Positions 13,834-27,706 of a DNA stretch of 64,000 nucleotides are shown here, in pieces (the first letter of the stretch is position 1; each line of letters opens with the position of its first letter). Position numbers and translations under genes: made by a program. This DNA is from Eledone cirrhosa (taxonomy: Eukaryota), in contig OZ024740.1 in the NCBI GenBank assembly GCA_964016885.1, positions 167,710,001 to 167,774,000 of the forward strand. The letters are read 5' to 3'. The notes beneath the pieces are model-generated. The model made no database searches and was not told where the DNA came from. It saw nothing but the letters and a program-made list of their open reading frames with translations.

Positions 13834-14837
13834 AATGTTAATTCTCGTTACTCTGCTTTGTCTTTATCGTCGACATTGTATTCTACCTCATACGTCGTCA
13901 ACCGTCTTTGCTTTCTTGTTTCATCTTGTTTTCATCTATTTCCACCTTTTCTTCTTAAGCTCCTCCAAACCCACTTCCACCACCTTCTTCTTTTCCTCAC
14001 CTCCTCCCCTTTCTTCTTCCTTTCACTATCTACGACTACTGTTTCTGCTTGTTGCCTTTAAAATACCATCAGAGACAAAATTACATTAATGTTAGAAAAA
14101 CGAAACTACTTCACAATAAAGATAGCATACAGTATTGCTTTAAACAACATGAAATTCCTTTCAATTTTCAAAAAATAATAGCAAATAACCTTGGTTGTTT
14201 GAAAGATTCTATGAAATGAGATTAAGTCATAACGTGTTGAAATACTCAAATGTCTGCATTGGGGAGTTGGGAATGTGGGAGAATGGTAGAGACTGATGGG
14301 GTGATGGTGAGGAATGGAGATAAAGGTGGGGAAAGGTGGAGAATGAAGGGGTGACGGTGGGGAGGGATGAGGGTGGATAATGGGTGAGGGAATAGAAAAC
14401 TAGACAAAAAGTGAAAGAAGTGATTATGATGATGTCGATAATGATGACGAAGGCGGCGGCGATGGAGGTGATGACTGTGGTAATGTTATTAGTGGTGGTG
14501 ATATTGTGGTGATCCTCATCGACACGGTGGTTGTCGGTCATGGTCGTAGTGATGGCTGTTTTGAGGATTATGATGATGAACTGGATGATGATGGTTTAAT
14601 TGTGTATGAAAGAGAGTATATGCGTGGATGATGAGTAAAGTAGGAGGGAGACAATGGTAGATATTTAAACACGCTTTAATGATATAGGTAACATTGCTCA
14701 ACTAATGACCCTTCACTTCGGCTATAAGATTGACAGAAACAACCAAGTCTTTAATGAACACCTCATTCTCATCCACTGTAGTGGGAGTTTTGATTGCAAA
14801 TGGTGTTGTTTTAGTTGGTGTTGAAATCATCGTTAAT

Positions 14838-15480
14838 CTTCTTCTTCTTCTTCTTCTTCTTCTTCTTCTTCTTCTTCTTCTTCTTCTTCTTCTTCTTCTT
14901 CTTCTTCTTCTTCTTCTTCTTCTTCTTCTTCTTCTTCTTCTTCTTCTTCTTCTTCTTCTTCTTTTTCTTTTATTTTTCAGAACATCGTAGGGACGGAGGC
15001 TTTACACACTCTTTCCAGCGGGTCCTGTCAGAAGCAACCGTTTCCAATTGATCTGGCTGGATCTCTAAGGGAGACCAGCAAATCCATGGATGTTATCCAA
15101 TCATCTAGTTAGCACCATTTATCCGATCATGAATACTCGGACAAACGTATGGAGACTTGAGGATAACAAGAAGTTGACCATCAATCCCATACTCATGCAG
15201 AACATTCCGCAGCATTTTCTGCGGACCACGGTCATATGCATTTTCGAAGTCTACAAAGCAAGAACATACCTCTTGGCATTACGCCCACGAATTCTCAAAG
15301 GCCTGCCGCAGTATGAATAGTTGGTTGTCCGGGGCGAACACCACACTGTCAACAGCGAGCTTGAACTCGACAGTCTCCCTGCATCTCTTTGCCAGACACT
15401 TAGCATAGATTTTACTGGGGATTTTAACAAGGAGATCCATCTATAATTGTAGGAATCGCTCTTGGCAGTTTCTTTTAAAT
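14838..15480 (-). mobile_element. Internally deleted RTE-like LINE with adjacent (GAA)n tail
   Basis: Minus strand encodes RT pieces (KIYAKCLAKRCR, QLFILRQAFE, CFVDFENAYDR) and a 3' DQLETVASDRTRWKECV motif, then (GAA)n at 14838-14960. Confidence 0.7.
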
Positions 15481-15786
15481 ACGATATTAATTGGCATTAC
15501 ATATCATTGCATTCGATTAGCAATAAATCAAGAAATATGTAAGTATCTACGGTAAATTCATCACTGATTGCAGCAAAACTCAAATGAAAATTATATGAAT
15601 AAGTTATCATATGTTTACCTCCAGCAATTTTTAAATAAGTAAATATAAGAATTATTTTTATGAATTGTTTTGGATGCGAAAAAAAATATTCTGTGTGACT
15701 CTTTTACCCACTCTACCACCTTAAATATCGAGTACTCTGGTGCACCTGGTATCTTACCATACACTCTTTGTTATATATATATATAT

Positions 15787-16095
15787 GTGGTGCCTGCCAA
15801 CTCATTTTCGAGTACGGCTACTACTTTATATCCATGTAGGAGAACCCCTACCGATGCGCTAAACAAGTGTGACTTTTTAGTCCAGCCAGCGACTTGAAAA
15901 CTCTGGTACAAACACTATACCTGTGACAATTATTGACACATAGTGCTGGGCCCATGTCACCATGTGACGACAAGTGCAGAGAGATCTCCAGTGCCGTGAA
16001 GCTTTTATAGTGAGCAAAGGCACTGCACAAAGCCAGTCCCACTCTCTTAGCCAAGATGATATTTACCAAAAAGAAGAACAAGTCAACATCATTGA
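15787..16095 (-). mobile_element. RTE-derived 3' fragment (same family as 63352-63945)
   Basis: C-terminal zinc-finger-like motif CTRVFKSLAGLKSH; near-identical to 63352-63672; a diverged copy lies at ~61305-61392. Confidence 0.7.
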
Positions 16096-16103
16096 ACTAC
16101 TAA

Positions 16104-16161
<58 letters not shown>

Positions 16162-17640
16162 ATAATAATAATATTAATATTAATAATGTCCGTTTACAAT
16201 TGTTTCGCTACTCCGTATAATATTTCTGGATCAGATGACTATATATCATAATTGATCTGGTTCAGTTGAAGATAATTAACATATTTAAAAAACAGAGCGG
16301 CTCATCGGAACTTCAAAGGAATATAAATTAAAATAATGAGAGAATGTTACATAATATAATGTTCCATATATTGGTTTTTCACTATGGTGTCATGGTTGCA
16401 TCAGTTGTCAGCCATAATCAAGCAGTATTCATCTGTCGAGGCTGCATTGTGTGAGATATGCCTATGGGTAACAAGATGGCTGCCAAAGGACATATTTACC
16501 TTACTAATTAGAGGGTGGTTTCAGGGGAGGTAACTCCTCGAGAGATTAGAAATTGTGGGTAGTTTATAGTTAAGTGCTAATTTTTAAATTTTTTAATTGA
16601 GAGACAATGTAGGGGAGGTAACTTATAATTATCTAAGTTAGTCATAGCTATTCAACTTATTAGCTACAAGTAAAAATGGGGCTAGATGACTATGTTGGGT
16701 CAAATATTCTATTGACGAAGGAATTAGCCCTTCGATGTTGACAGCTAATAGTTACCTCCGTTCTATCGTTAATCGGTAGAGGTCGTGATAGAGTTATGTA
16801 ATATGCTTCTGTAATACATCCAATTTGACATCGATAGCTATTACGCGTCAATAACCCCGGAACTGCTCAACATAGCATTAACCCTAGCCAGCACCAACTC
16901 GGACATAACCAATAATGAGATTAACATCATACTTATGGCTAGGCAGACTATCATTGATTTCAACGGAGCATTCTGGACTAGAAAAGATAGAACAGACAAC
17001 TTTGACATCACGATGGGCTCAAGTGACTCTGCGCAAATCACTGATTTAGTTGGAATTTACCTATTACTTAACATCAGAGCCGAAATCCAACCCTTGCAAG
17101 GCGGAATATACAGTTTGAAAGGTGTTTGTGTGTTTGCGAAAGGAAATGTTAGCGACTAAGTCAAGAAGGTCCGTCTCGAAAGGAGCAAGTTCAGTTACCT
17201 TAGGAGGGTAAGCTCTCGATTTCAGGTTGAAGGTGTTGTTGGTGCCTGTAATTTTGCCGTCAAAAGCTAGCGCTCGCCATCTTAAGCGTCTGACGACATC
17301 TTCCGCTTTTTGTATGAGATTTTGGTAAACATGATTGGAGGGAGTTGGAATGTTCTTCAGGGAGTAATCCAGTTCGTATAAATCCATACTGACGTTGATG
17401 AGACGCAAAATTGTGTAGGACATGAGTATATAGAGAGCGTTCTCAGGGTATTAAGCCAAACTCGCACGTGGTGAAGAATCTGCTAAAAGTCAAACATCTA
17501 CGTAGAGAAGAGAATCTGCTGACCGGTGCTGTAGACGTAAATAGTGGTGGAACACTGGAAGGTAATATCCGTAGTGGTAGAGCACTCAATCCATGGGACG
17601 AGTTAGGTAGATGTGGTTACACAACAGTTAGTTCACCATA

Positions 17641-17680
17641 CCGAGAACAATTGTTTCACCTTAGCTGATCCTCAGCTCGG
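17641..17680 (-). ncRNA. Minimal type I hammerhead in PLE pLTR (mutated second copy at 18772-18811, +)
   Basis: CCGAG-CTGAGGA-TCAGCTAAGGT-GAAA-CAATTG-TT-CTCGG: 5 bp stem I, palindromic loop III, weak stem II. Confidence 0.65.
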
Positions 17681-17855
17681 AATGGGCATGGTTATAGGAA
17701 CAGGAAGGACAACCGTACGAACGCGCATGCGCAGAAACCCGGTCACTTCACACAGGCAATACTAGAATGCGTGCGAGAGGTGTAAGGGAGATAACAGCGA
17801 AAGTCCGAAAAGTTTTTAGTTTTTAGACAGGGCGGCACCCTACTATAACACGGCG

Positions 17856-18485
17856 TTGGCTAACAGCGGCTTCTCACAACCTATCACTTACTCTCCCACT
17901 AGCAACAACACCATTAGGAAAAGTAAGCGCAACAAAAAACAAACTATCTGGTTCTCTCCTCCCTTCTCACTCAACGTTAAAACTAATGTAGAAAAAAAAT
18001 GTCTAGCCCTCTTAGATAGACACTTTCCCATAGGTCATAAATACCGGTCCATCTGTAACCGACACAAAGTTAAACTAGGATACTCCTGCGCTAAGAACAT
18101 GAAGGCCCATATCAGCAGCAGCCCTAGGGGCAACACCCCACCAGGGTGCTCGTGCCGTAAGCCGGAAGCTTGCCCCCTTCAACAGCAATGCAACACACCA
18201 GCTGTAATTTACGAAGCTGTGGTCACTTCCAACCGACCAAATGAACCACAGGAGGTCAAATCCTATGTGGGCATGGCGGAGGGCCGATTTAAGGAACGTT
18301 TCCTGAACCACCAGTCTACCTTCAGGTACCCGGACAGACGTTCATCCACGAAACTCGCGAGCCACGTATGGCCCCACAAGGACTCAAGTATAGACTACTC
18401 CATTCAATGGAAAGCCATCACTAAGTCCAAGCCATACGCAAGGGGAAATCCGACGTGTGGCAAGGGGAAATCCGACGTGTATTGA
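17856..18485 (+). pseudogene. PLE linker and GIY-YIG endonuclease (5'-truncated, frameshifted C-terminus)
   Basis: VIYEAVV...SYVGMAEGRFKERFLNHQSTFR motif preceded by a CxC..CPL..C Cys-rich linker. Confidence 0.85.
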
Positions 18486-18838
18486 CGAACGAATAACTAT
18501 TCTAAAGAGATTACGCAATAGTGATTGCCTAAACACGAGAAATGAATTTTTTACACGCTGTCCACACGTCGCCAAACACCTATTGTATAACTACAAGACT
18601 CCGGACTGATTCTTTGTAATTTTATTTTTCAACTAAAAACTTTTCGGACTTTCGCAGTTATCTCCCTTACATCTCTCGCACGCATTCTAGTATTGCCTGT
18701 GTGAAGTGACCGGGTTTCTGCGCATGCGCGTTCGTACGGTTTTCCTTCCTGTTCCTATAACCATGCCCATTCCGAGGTGAGGATCCACTAAGGTGAAAAA
18801 ATTGTTCTCGGTATGGTGAACTAACTGTTGTGTAACCA

Positions 18839-18880
<42 letters not shown>

Positions 18881-18883
<3 letters not shown>

Positions 18884-19234
18884 AAAAAGGGATGAAATCG
18901 AAAATGCAACTGAAGTCTTATTTTTTTAAAAAATATATATATTTATTTGGTTCCTTTACCGGTTTCGCAGTTCTTCTGCTTTTCAAAAGGTGAGTTGAGA
19001 TGGAGGGTCTGTGGTTTTTCTCACATCTGATGTGAGAAAAACCACAGACCCTCCATCTCAACTCACCTTTTGAAAAGCAGAAGAACTGCGAAACTGGTAA
19101 AGGAACCAAATAAATATATATATTTTTTAAAAAAATAAGACTTCAGTTGCATTTTCGATTTCATCCCTTTTTCTTTATACTTCCACTCGTGTAGGACACC
19201 TCGGTTATTTTTCATTTTGTAAAAAAAACCTCAC

Positions 19235-19240
<6 letters not shown>
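18881..19240. mobile_element. Fold-back element family A (~145 bp arms plus ~60 bp tail) in (TA)n
   Basis: 18881-19026 is the reverse complement of 19031-19179; second copy at 59955-60311. Confidence 0.9.
18953..18990 (-). ncRNA. Minimal type I hammerhead, U3-A8 variant (also 19066-19103 +, 60137-60174 +)
   Basis: CCTT-TTGAAAA-GCAG-aagaa-CTGC-GAAA-CCGG-TA-AAGG. Confidence 0.75.
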
Positions 19241-19281
<41 letters not shown>

Positions 19282-19599
19282 TATATATATGTGAGTGTGT
19301 GTGTTTGTGCCTGTGTGCGTGTGTGTTTATGTATGTATGCAAGAGGGTGTGTGCATTTATGTATACATGCGTGTGAGTGCATTAACAGTTTGACTTAACA
19401 TATGACTACTAGCGGTTTCATAAAGAAAGCACTTCTCCGTCACCAGATCCATTTCAGAGAGATAAACCAAGATGGGGAATGTTAGTACAGAGTTAAGTCA
19501 AACTGGTAAGAAAGAAGATTGAAACTGGACATGATGCGTTGGCTGTTTTTTCTTTTGTTTGTACCCACACATTTATATATGTGCGTATATATATATATT

Positions 19600-19755
19600 C
19601 TAGGGCGGGTAGCATTTCCCAGATCCATGGACGAGTTCTCTCCAACTGTCTGTCCCTCATTATCGCTGCCATGTCCTGCGTCTCCAACCGACCAGTGTCT
19701 GTCCTTAGGGCATCAACACACGTTAACCTTGGTCTTCCTCTTCGAGTGTGTCCAT
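19600..19755 (-). mobile_element. RTE-like LINE 3' end fragment
   Basis: GHTRRGRPRLTCVDALRTDTG...MRDR, typical RTE C-terminal signature. Confidence 0.6.
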
Positions 19756-19930
19756 ATATGTATATATATATATATATATAGTTAAAAGAATAGAGGTGTA
19801 ACACACAAGTTATTATATATTGGTAAACGGAATAGAAAATGCTGACAAATTGTTCACAGTTGAAAAATGGTTTAATTAGGAATAAAAGAGTATTAGTGAT
19901 TGTATGGGTTAGTATTCAGTTGTGGTTTTA

Positions 19931-19967
<37 letters not shown>

Positions 19968-20070
19968 ATTTACATATATATAAAGTCACAGATATATATG
20001 TAGCAACCGTTCACGGTGTGGAAGAGGAAATTGTATATATTTTAACTAATAATTCTAAGGACATGACTTA

Positions 20071-20144
<74 letters not shown>

Positions 20145-20149
<5 letters not shown>

Positions 20150-21263
20150 TAAGTCCTTCATCAGTGACCCTCCAACCGTCCCAGGCATTTCATCGCTTTA
20201 AGGGCCATATGCCTCAGGTTGGTGCGAACAACGGCTAAAAAAAGTCGTTGGGACACGTAAATAAAGGGGACGTTAGGGTAACAAACAAAATGGTTTAAGC
20301 AACGGAAAGTGAGAAGAAATAGACAAGTCCCAGATCTCTATGAATATAAACTCGGTGAAATCGTGAACAAGAGACAAAAGACCATCAAACCTGGTTGAAA
20401 TGTGAGCAAGGAAGGAATTTCGCACAGGTCTAACGGGGGGGAAGAAGAAGAAGAAGAAGAAGAAGAAGAAGAAGAAGAAGAAGAAGAAGAAGAAGAAGAA
20501 GAAGAAGAAGAAGAAGAAGAAGAAGGGGTCTGGTCTACGAATTCGGTAAACATAAGTTTTGTGAAGTCGCAGACGAAAGAGAGAGAGAGAAAAAAATTCC
20601 ATACCAGCTTGACCAAGACCGCGCGAGAAAAGAATTACACACAGGTCAAACTTGAAGGAGGAGGAGGAAAGAGGAGGAGGAGAGGTAGTGACAGAGAATG
20701 AGTGAGTGAAAGTTGAGGAGGAGGCTAACAGAGAGAGAGACTGCTAGAATGGGTAAAAGGTACAAAGAACGAGAAAGGGTAAAAGGTACAAAGAACGAAA
20801 CAGACGGGTGGCAGCAGAAGAAAAATTGTGTAAATATGATACCGAATTCGTAGACCAGACTCCTTCTTCTTCTTCTTCTTCTTCTTCTTCTTCTTCTTCT
20901 TCTTCTTCTTCTTCTTCTTCTTCTTCTTCTTCTTCTTCTTCTTCTTCTTCTTCTTCTTTTTCTCCCCCCCCCCGTTAGACCTGTGCGAAATTCCTTCCTT
21001 GCTCACATTTCAACCAGGTTTGATGGTCTTTTGTCTCTTGTTCACGATTTCACCGAGTTTATATTCATAGAGATCTGGGACTTGTCTATTTCTTCTCACT
21101 TTCCGTTGCTTAAACCATTTTGTTTGTTACCCTAACGTCCCCTTTATTTACGTGTCCCAACGACTTTTTTTAGCCGTTGTTCGCACCAACCTGAGGCATA
21201 TGGCCCTTAAAGCGATGAAATGCCTGGGACGGTTGGAGGGTCACTGATGAAGGACTTACTTTT
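20145..21263. mobile_element. Fold-back element with ~400 bp inverted arms, each containing a (GAA)n tract
   Basis: 20145-20548 is the reverse complement of 20840-21263; 290 bp purine-rich spacer; (TA)n on both sides. Confidence 0.9.
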
Positions 21264-21303
21264 TCATATGCACCACCATTTGCAACGAGCAGCCATCATT
21301 ATT

Positions 21304-21354
<51 letters not shown>

Positions 21355-21467
21355 ATAAGCAGAACAAGTAAAATTCAACCAATTTTTCAAAATAAATCAA
21401 AATTAATTTAAAATTTAAATTAATCAAAATTAAAAAATATAATATAAATATTTACCTATTCAAATGG

Positions 21468-21545
21468 CCCTTACTGTACAGTTTCACTTTGCAAAACATT
21501 AGATATCACATGGATATTAATGGAAAAACAAAGATCATCAGAGAA
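21468..21545 (-). ncRNA. Type I hammerhead with extended stem II
   Basis: TTCT-CTGATGA-T-CTTTG...CATTAATATC-catgt-GATATCTAATG...CAAAG-T-GAAA-CTGTACAG-TA-AGGG; palindromic loop III. Confidence 0.65.
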
Positions 21546-21840
21546 GCATTTTCCTTTCCTAGGGTTAAAAACCTCAGGAACGATCAAATATATGACCTCG
21601 TCCCCAGCTAACATGGGTCTGAAAGGTCGTAAAAGTGACCCGTATATACGCCGGTTTGAAGTGAAGGCGGGAAATCACAGACTTGTTGTCTATAGTCGCG
21701 ACTAAAAAAATAGCAGCTAGATAGAACGACAGATTTATTCTCTACATAACGGAGAATAATGAATAAAGTTAATATGTCTAAGGGTACAAGGCACCCCCAG
21801 AAATACATAGGTTGTCTATGATTCAAGGTGGTTCTATGGT

Positions 21841-21908
<68 letters not shown>

Positions 21909-21930
21909 ATAGAACCACCTTGAATCATAG

Positions 21931-21990
21931 ACTGTTATAGAAACACGTGTCAATAAATTCCTTTCAACTAAACTGTATCCATTCAAATCT

Positions 21991-21995
<5 letters not shown>
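21931..21995 (+). repeat. 65 bp 3'-terminal fragment of the PLE at 27.7-31.7 kb
   Basis: Identical to 31641-31705 and followed by (TA)n. Confidence 0.85.
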
Positions 21996-22037
<42 letters not shown>

Positions 22038-22521
22038 GTTGTTAAACAATATTCGATGATTACGTCAATGATTATGTCAATATTCTCACAATTCAGAAGG
22101 TTAGAAATGATAACACACTTATCGAATTTATATAAATAATATATAAATAAATCGCAAATAATCCTGAAATCTGGAGTCTTCACATTAATATTATAAATTG
22201 AATATTTTCAAATCCAACCGTTTAACTTTCGAAAAAAAACCCCCACACTTTATCTTTCCCTCCTTATAAATCTTTTTCCAGTGGCTATCACTGGCTGTTA
22301 TGATTCATGAGACGTCTCCCTAGATATAGTATCATACAATTTAAAATTTTAGAACACTTGCAGTATGCAACGTTTTTTCTTACTCACACATTCTCTAATG
22401 AATTCATTACGTTTTCGCACGTTCACATAGCTATTATAAAGGTAAAATGTTCTATCGGGTAATCACTACCTTGATTAAATCTTAACCATTTAACATCTCA
22501 GGGTATGTCATGTATGTCACA

Positions 22522-22578
22522 ATATTTTATCTGATGAGGACGTACTGTTGTACATCCGAAATATGTATAATAAAATGT
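22522..22578 (+). ncRNA. Minimal type I hammerhead ribozyme
   Basis: ATATTTTAT-CTGATGA-GGAcGTAC-tgtt-GTACaTCC-GAAA-TATGTA-TA-ATAAAATGT; 9 bp stem I. Confidence 0.75.
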
Positions 22579-22872
22579 AATTGATCAAAAGAACATCTAT
22601 TTTATTAATACTTATATTTTAATATATATATATATATATATTTTAATATATATATATATACATATATGTTTATATATATATGTTTATATATATATGTTTA
22701 TATATATATACATATATATGTTTATATATATATACATATATATGTTTATATATATATATGTGTGCGTATATTTATATGTGTGTATGTGTGTGTGTGTGTG
22801 GGTGTGGGTGTGTGGGTGTGTGTGGGTGTGTGTGTGTGTATGTGTGTGTGTGTGTGGTGTGTGTGTGTGTGT

Positions 22873-22919
<47 letters not shown>

Positions 22920-22950
22920 ATAGAAGGAGATAGATAGATAATTATATAGG

Positions 22951-23136
22951 AGATTCAACCGAAAAGTCCATAGCCTTCCTATGAAGAATTGATGCTAAAG
23001 TTGCGAAATCTTGCAAGCATTAATTTCAACTCTTATTATTATTAAGTGCACTGTTTCGTTCCAGGGACTACGTTGTAAAATAAACCCTGTTTAGTCATTC
23101 TATCAGGGTATCTTGGTCAGCATATGAACTTTTAAA
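22951..23136. mobile_element. Possible degenerate Tc1/mariner-type MITE
   Basis: Imperfect terminal inverted repeats gattcaaccgaaaagtccata / tatgaacttttaaaacgaatc. Confidence 0.35.
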
Positions 23137-23185
23137 ACGAATCACATATATATATATATATGTATGCGTGCATATATATATATTT

Positions 23186-24811
23186 ATATTGTTATACTTT
23201 GGGAGGGTCATGTTGCCAATAAGAAACACACGCACCAGTTGCAATTCACTCAAATTTATTATAAATTTATTATAAATTAAATTAGAGAACAGTCAGGACA
23301 GGAATTATAGAAAAACACCATGGAAAGCATCCACCAAATAGCTAACTCCATCCACCAGAGTATTAGAGTTACTATAGACTACCCAAACAAACACCCCAAC
23401 CATCGATTACCTGTACACAGAGCTCTGGTTAGAAATTATTAATAACAAAAAACAAATCCTCCATTCCCATTATGCCAAACCCATGACTTCCAAATATCTG
23501 ATCCACCGAAACACTTCTGTTTCGGATCGCACCAAAATCAACATACTGATTGCGTTTTTTGGTACGGGTGATGAGAAACGTGTCCCGCATGAGGAACCCC
23601 CAAAGAACTTGAGAGACACATACAACACTTCATCCACCGTATGCAGTTCTCTGGTTACAATCAGAGAGATAAAATCAGAGTATATAGAGGAGCCAGAGCC
23701 AAATGGGAAAAAAATAGTAAATAATGATACAAATGGGACCTGCCCCTTGTATAGGAGCAAATTTTGGAATAGAATAGAAAGAACTAGGAATAAGGTGGCT
23801 ATCATGGTATGATAGCAATAAATACCAGAGTTTAATGTTCATCAATACAACCCCTAGAGGTGAACTAGCTTACATATTTAGAAGGGCCCTAGATAAATAT
23901 AAACTAAATATTAAGATAGTAGAAAGACCAGGTACATCCATAAAACACTTATTAGTAATACATACCCTTTTCAAAGACCTCCCTGTATAGATAAAAAATG
24001 CATAATCTGTAAACTAAGCCCCCATATTAACTGCAAAACTAGAAACATAGTATATAGCATAAGAAGTAGTGAAGGGCAATGTAAAGATAAGAATATAGTG
24101 TACATAGGTGAGCCAGCTCGTAGTATAGGAGAACGATTAAAAGAACACTGGCGAGAGCTTCAAGATACAAAAGAATCATCAGTACTCCACCAACATGCTA
24201 AAATAGAACATAAGGGCAAATTAGAGAACATAGAAATAAAAATAAAATCTACACACAGAAAAGACGCAATGTTTAGACAAATCACAGAGGCAATAAACAT
24301 AAATGAACTCCAACCAAAATTAAATAGAAAACATGAATGGAATAGCAACATCACAACCTACAATTCAGGACAAAATGAAAACACACCCACATAGAACAAA
24401 CAACCAACTAGTAACATGTAAATAAACAAATAAATAAATAAATAAAAACACACACAGACGCCCGGATGTAACACATGCGCAAACTAAGCACACAGCACAC
24501 ACAAAAACAAGATGGCGTAGGACAGAACAAAGGAGAGGCACAAAACAAAGAAAATAATCCCCAGTCACTGAAGAGGTCACAGAATGTGTGACGAAAGAAC
24601 TTTGACAATATATGAACAACCGTACGGTTGTGGAACCAACCAACCAACCAGAAATTTATAAATTTTTAAATTTATAATTGAATTTATAATAAATTGGAGT
24701 ATTAGCATTTGGTGCGGGTGTCTTTTATTGGCAACATGACCCTCCCAAAGTATAACAATATCGGTTTTAACACACATTTTCAGATAAAGAATCTTGCTAA
24801 ACAAATTCAGA

Positions 24812-24815
<4 letters not shown>
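23186..24815 (+). mobile_element. Penelope-like element family B, 5'-truncated, with inverted 5' pLTR piece
   Basis: PCIDKKCIICKL..NCKTRNIVY linker and YIGEPARSIGERLKEH...ITEAINI GIY-YIG (ORF 24098-24394); pLTR 24365-24815; 23186-23280 is the inverted copy of 24670-24760. Confidence 0.9.
24564..24606 (+). ncRNA. Minimal type I hammerhead in family B pLTR (copies 45784-45826 +, 48727-48769 -, 49706-49748 +, 59719-59761 +)
   Basis: GTCA-CTGAAGA-G-GTCACA-gaatg-TGTGAC-GAAA-GAAC-TT-TGAC. Confidence 0.65.
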
Positions 24816-24848
<33 letters not shown>

Positions 24849-25129
24849 TGTATATACAAGTTTACTTGCAAAAGATCTATCAGCTAAATTCTATGCATAT
24901 ATTACACTGCTAAAATTCTTACGAAGCTAACTGAAATATCTCGTTTTTGCGCATGCACCCTTGTAACTTAAACAAACAACGCACAAAAGAAACAATGCAT
25001 GGAGTAGAAACTTATCCAACTTGACCCCCAATTTTTACAAAGATAGGTCGTCATTTCATTAAATTTCACTACTATTTCTAGTAGGTCGATTGGCGGCTTA
25101 GAGGATCCTTTATTTCTATGTATATATAT

Positions 25130-25318
25130 ATTGTTTCTACTTTAGGCACAAGGCCAGCAATTACCCAGTACATTACTGGTACTTTATTTTATCGACCCCG
25201 TAAGGATGAAAGGCAAAGTTAACCTCGGCGGGATTTGAACTCAGACTGTAAAGTGACGTAACTATGCTAGAAAGCATGGCGTCCAGCCCTCTACCGATAC
25301 TGCCAATTCACCGCCCTC
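25130..25318 (-). mobile_element. tRNA-derived SINE
   Basis: Reverse complement of the 55134-55322 copy (A box, B box, gcctttcatccttacggggtcgataaaat central domain). Confidence 0.85.
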
Positions 25319-27499
25319 TGTGTGTATATATATTATTGGCTATCTTTAGCTGTAATATGTACACCTTTTGTTGCAGGTATTTTTCAAAGCACATTAGCGA
25401 AATTCCGTAAGCTTTAAAAGCAAGTATCTTTTTTTTTTTTTTGTCATAAAACATATGATATTCTAAAAGTATATGCAAATATTTCAATTTCACTTTCCTG
25501 TTATAATCTACAAGAGCGTATTGAAGTATATGATATGGGTTACATACTTTCACTCTGTTTGACAGATTCATTCTAACTAATTTTTGCGGGAAATATCATT
25601 TAATGTACCATCAAATATGAAATATTACAGAGTCAGTGAAAGAAAAAAGAGTAAGTTTATTCGTTATATACTACATAATGAATATTTGAGAAGTGTTATC
25701 AATTGAGTATGAAGGATATGGCACGTTATAATTTTACAACAAATATATATAACAACAAGACCAACAATTGCTTTGAATAAATGTATTGGATTTTTTCAAG
25801 TATAGTGGCAGTGGAAAAGGAAAAAAAATCATTTGAATAAATGCAAAAATATTCAATTTTTCTATCTGACGTGGAAGAGAAAACGACAACGGCCTAAAGA
25901 AGACAAGAAAGAACAGAAAAGAGCACACATACAAAGCAGAAAAAATGTCTTTGGAATGAGGGGTTTTAAAAAATGTTGCAGAATGTTTTACTTCCTCTTC
26001 CTTGCATTGACAAGAATATCTGATTTACTATTTAAAGATAAAATGAAATGAAAAAAAGAAAAACGAAACAAAACAGAACTTGAAGAATTGCCCCACTCCA
26101 CCGCTTTTTTGTATGTCATCAATAGCTTTGTTATCATTAATGCTATTTTTGTGATGCTGATAACGATGCTGCCTTCTTTAAAATCATTGTCGTTGTAGTT
26201 GTTGCTCTTGTTGCTGCCATTGTTGGTGATTGACGAAGTCTTCAATTGAAAAAAGAAAAGAGTTTGTATATATATATATATATGTGTGTGTGTGCGTGTA
26301 TGTGTGTGTATGTGTGTGTATGTGTGTGTATGCGTGTGTATGTGTGTGTGTGGTAGTATGTGGTTGTGGTTGTGTGTGTGCTTGTGTGTGTATGCCATCA
26401 CTGTGATGTTTAACAAATAAATAACATTATATAATTCTTATGGAATAACATGGGGATCATCGAAATTATCATTCTTCTTTTCCTGCTGTTTCTTCTTTGT
26501 CTTCTTCTATTACTGCTACTCCTCATACCTCTACTATTACTACTGCTACTATTAATAAATTATGGTTTCTAATTGAGACAGAAAGCCAATAGTTTGGGTG
26601 TATGGTTAATCAATTAAATCAACTCTAGTACCTGACTGATACTACATCTCATCTTCACCAGTAGGATGAAATGCAAAGGTGATCTCAGCAGGATTTGAAA
26701 ACTTAACATTAAAATTAGATTTTATTTTCAACGTTCAAACGATTCTGCTAATCAAAAATACCAATAATTTCTACTAAAAATACTAGGACAGAAAATTGTG
26801 GCGTTTGAAAACGAATATAAAAAAAAATACAGGATTGTCAATCGAGAACAGATATGAAAGCCGGATTCATCCTAGATGGGATAACTATTGAACTCCACAA
26901 ATCTATTAAGTTCGGTTACTATACAGGTGTTTGAAGAGAGTACCGCTGCTATAGGCGTTGATGATGATGATGGGGTTGTTGTTATGTTTGTTTCTGATGA
27001 AACTGTTGTTATGTTATTATGATATAATATATTTGTTTTTATTGTGGTTATTATTGTTGTTGTCGTAGATGTTGGTTGAAGAGAGGAATAATAGTGATAT
27101 TTATGTTGTTACTATTGTTGTTACTATTCTGTTGTTATTTACGATGTATGTGTTATGTAATGTTGTTGCTTTCCTTGGTATTTTTATTCTCAACTACAAA
27201 GGCCGATTTTTAACTCCAACGAGCTTACTTGAATATCAAATCTTCTCCATATATAATTTATTTTATATTGAATCTATGAACTCAAAGCCTGGTATGGAGA
27301 ATAAAACCCACCTGCCAAAGTTTAGTCAGTTCATGACACTATTCTACATATTTATCATACCATCACTCAAGTCACATCAAGTGTTGGAAATTTTTTATCT
27401 TAATTTCTAATTCGCTTATTACTTTTTTTTTACGTTTGACGACACTGCTTTGATCTTTTCGTCTAAGCTTCAAAAAGAAAATTTTTCGTCTGCATAATG

Positions 27500-27706
<207 letters not shown>

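Larger units (their letters stand above)
16800..18840. mobile_element. Rearranged Penelope-like element (Nematis-like) with inverted pseudo-LTRs
   Basis: RT piece FDITMGSSDSAQITDLVG (+, 16820-17110); N-terminus MDLYELDYSLKNIPTP...RRLRWRA (-, 17105-17387); GIY-YIG part WFSPPFS...CSCRKPEACPL...YVGMAEGRFKER (+, 17856-18600); pLTR 17612-17826 is the reverse complement of 18625-18840. Confidence 0.9.
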
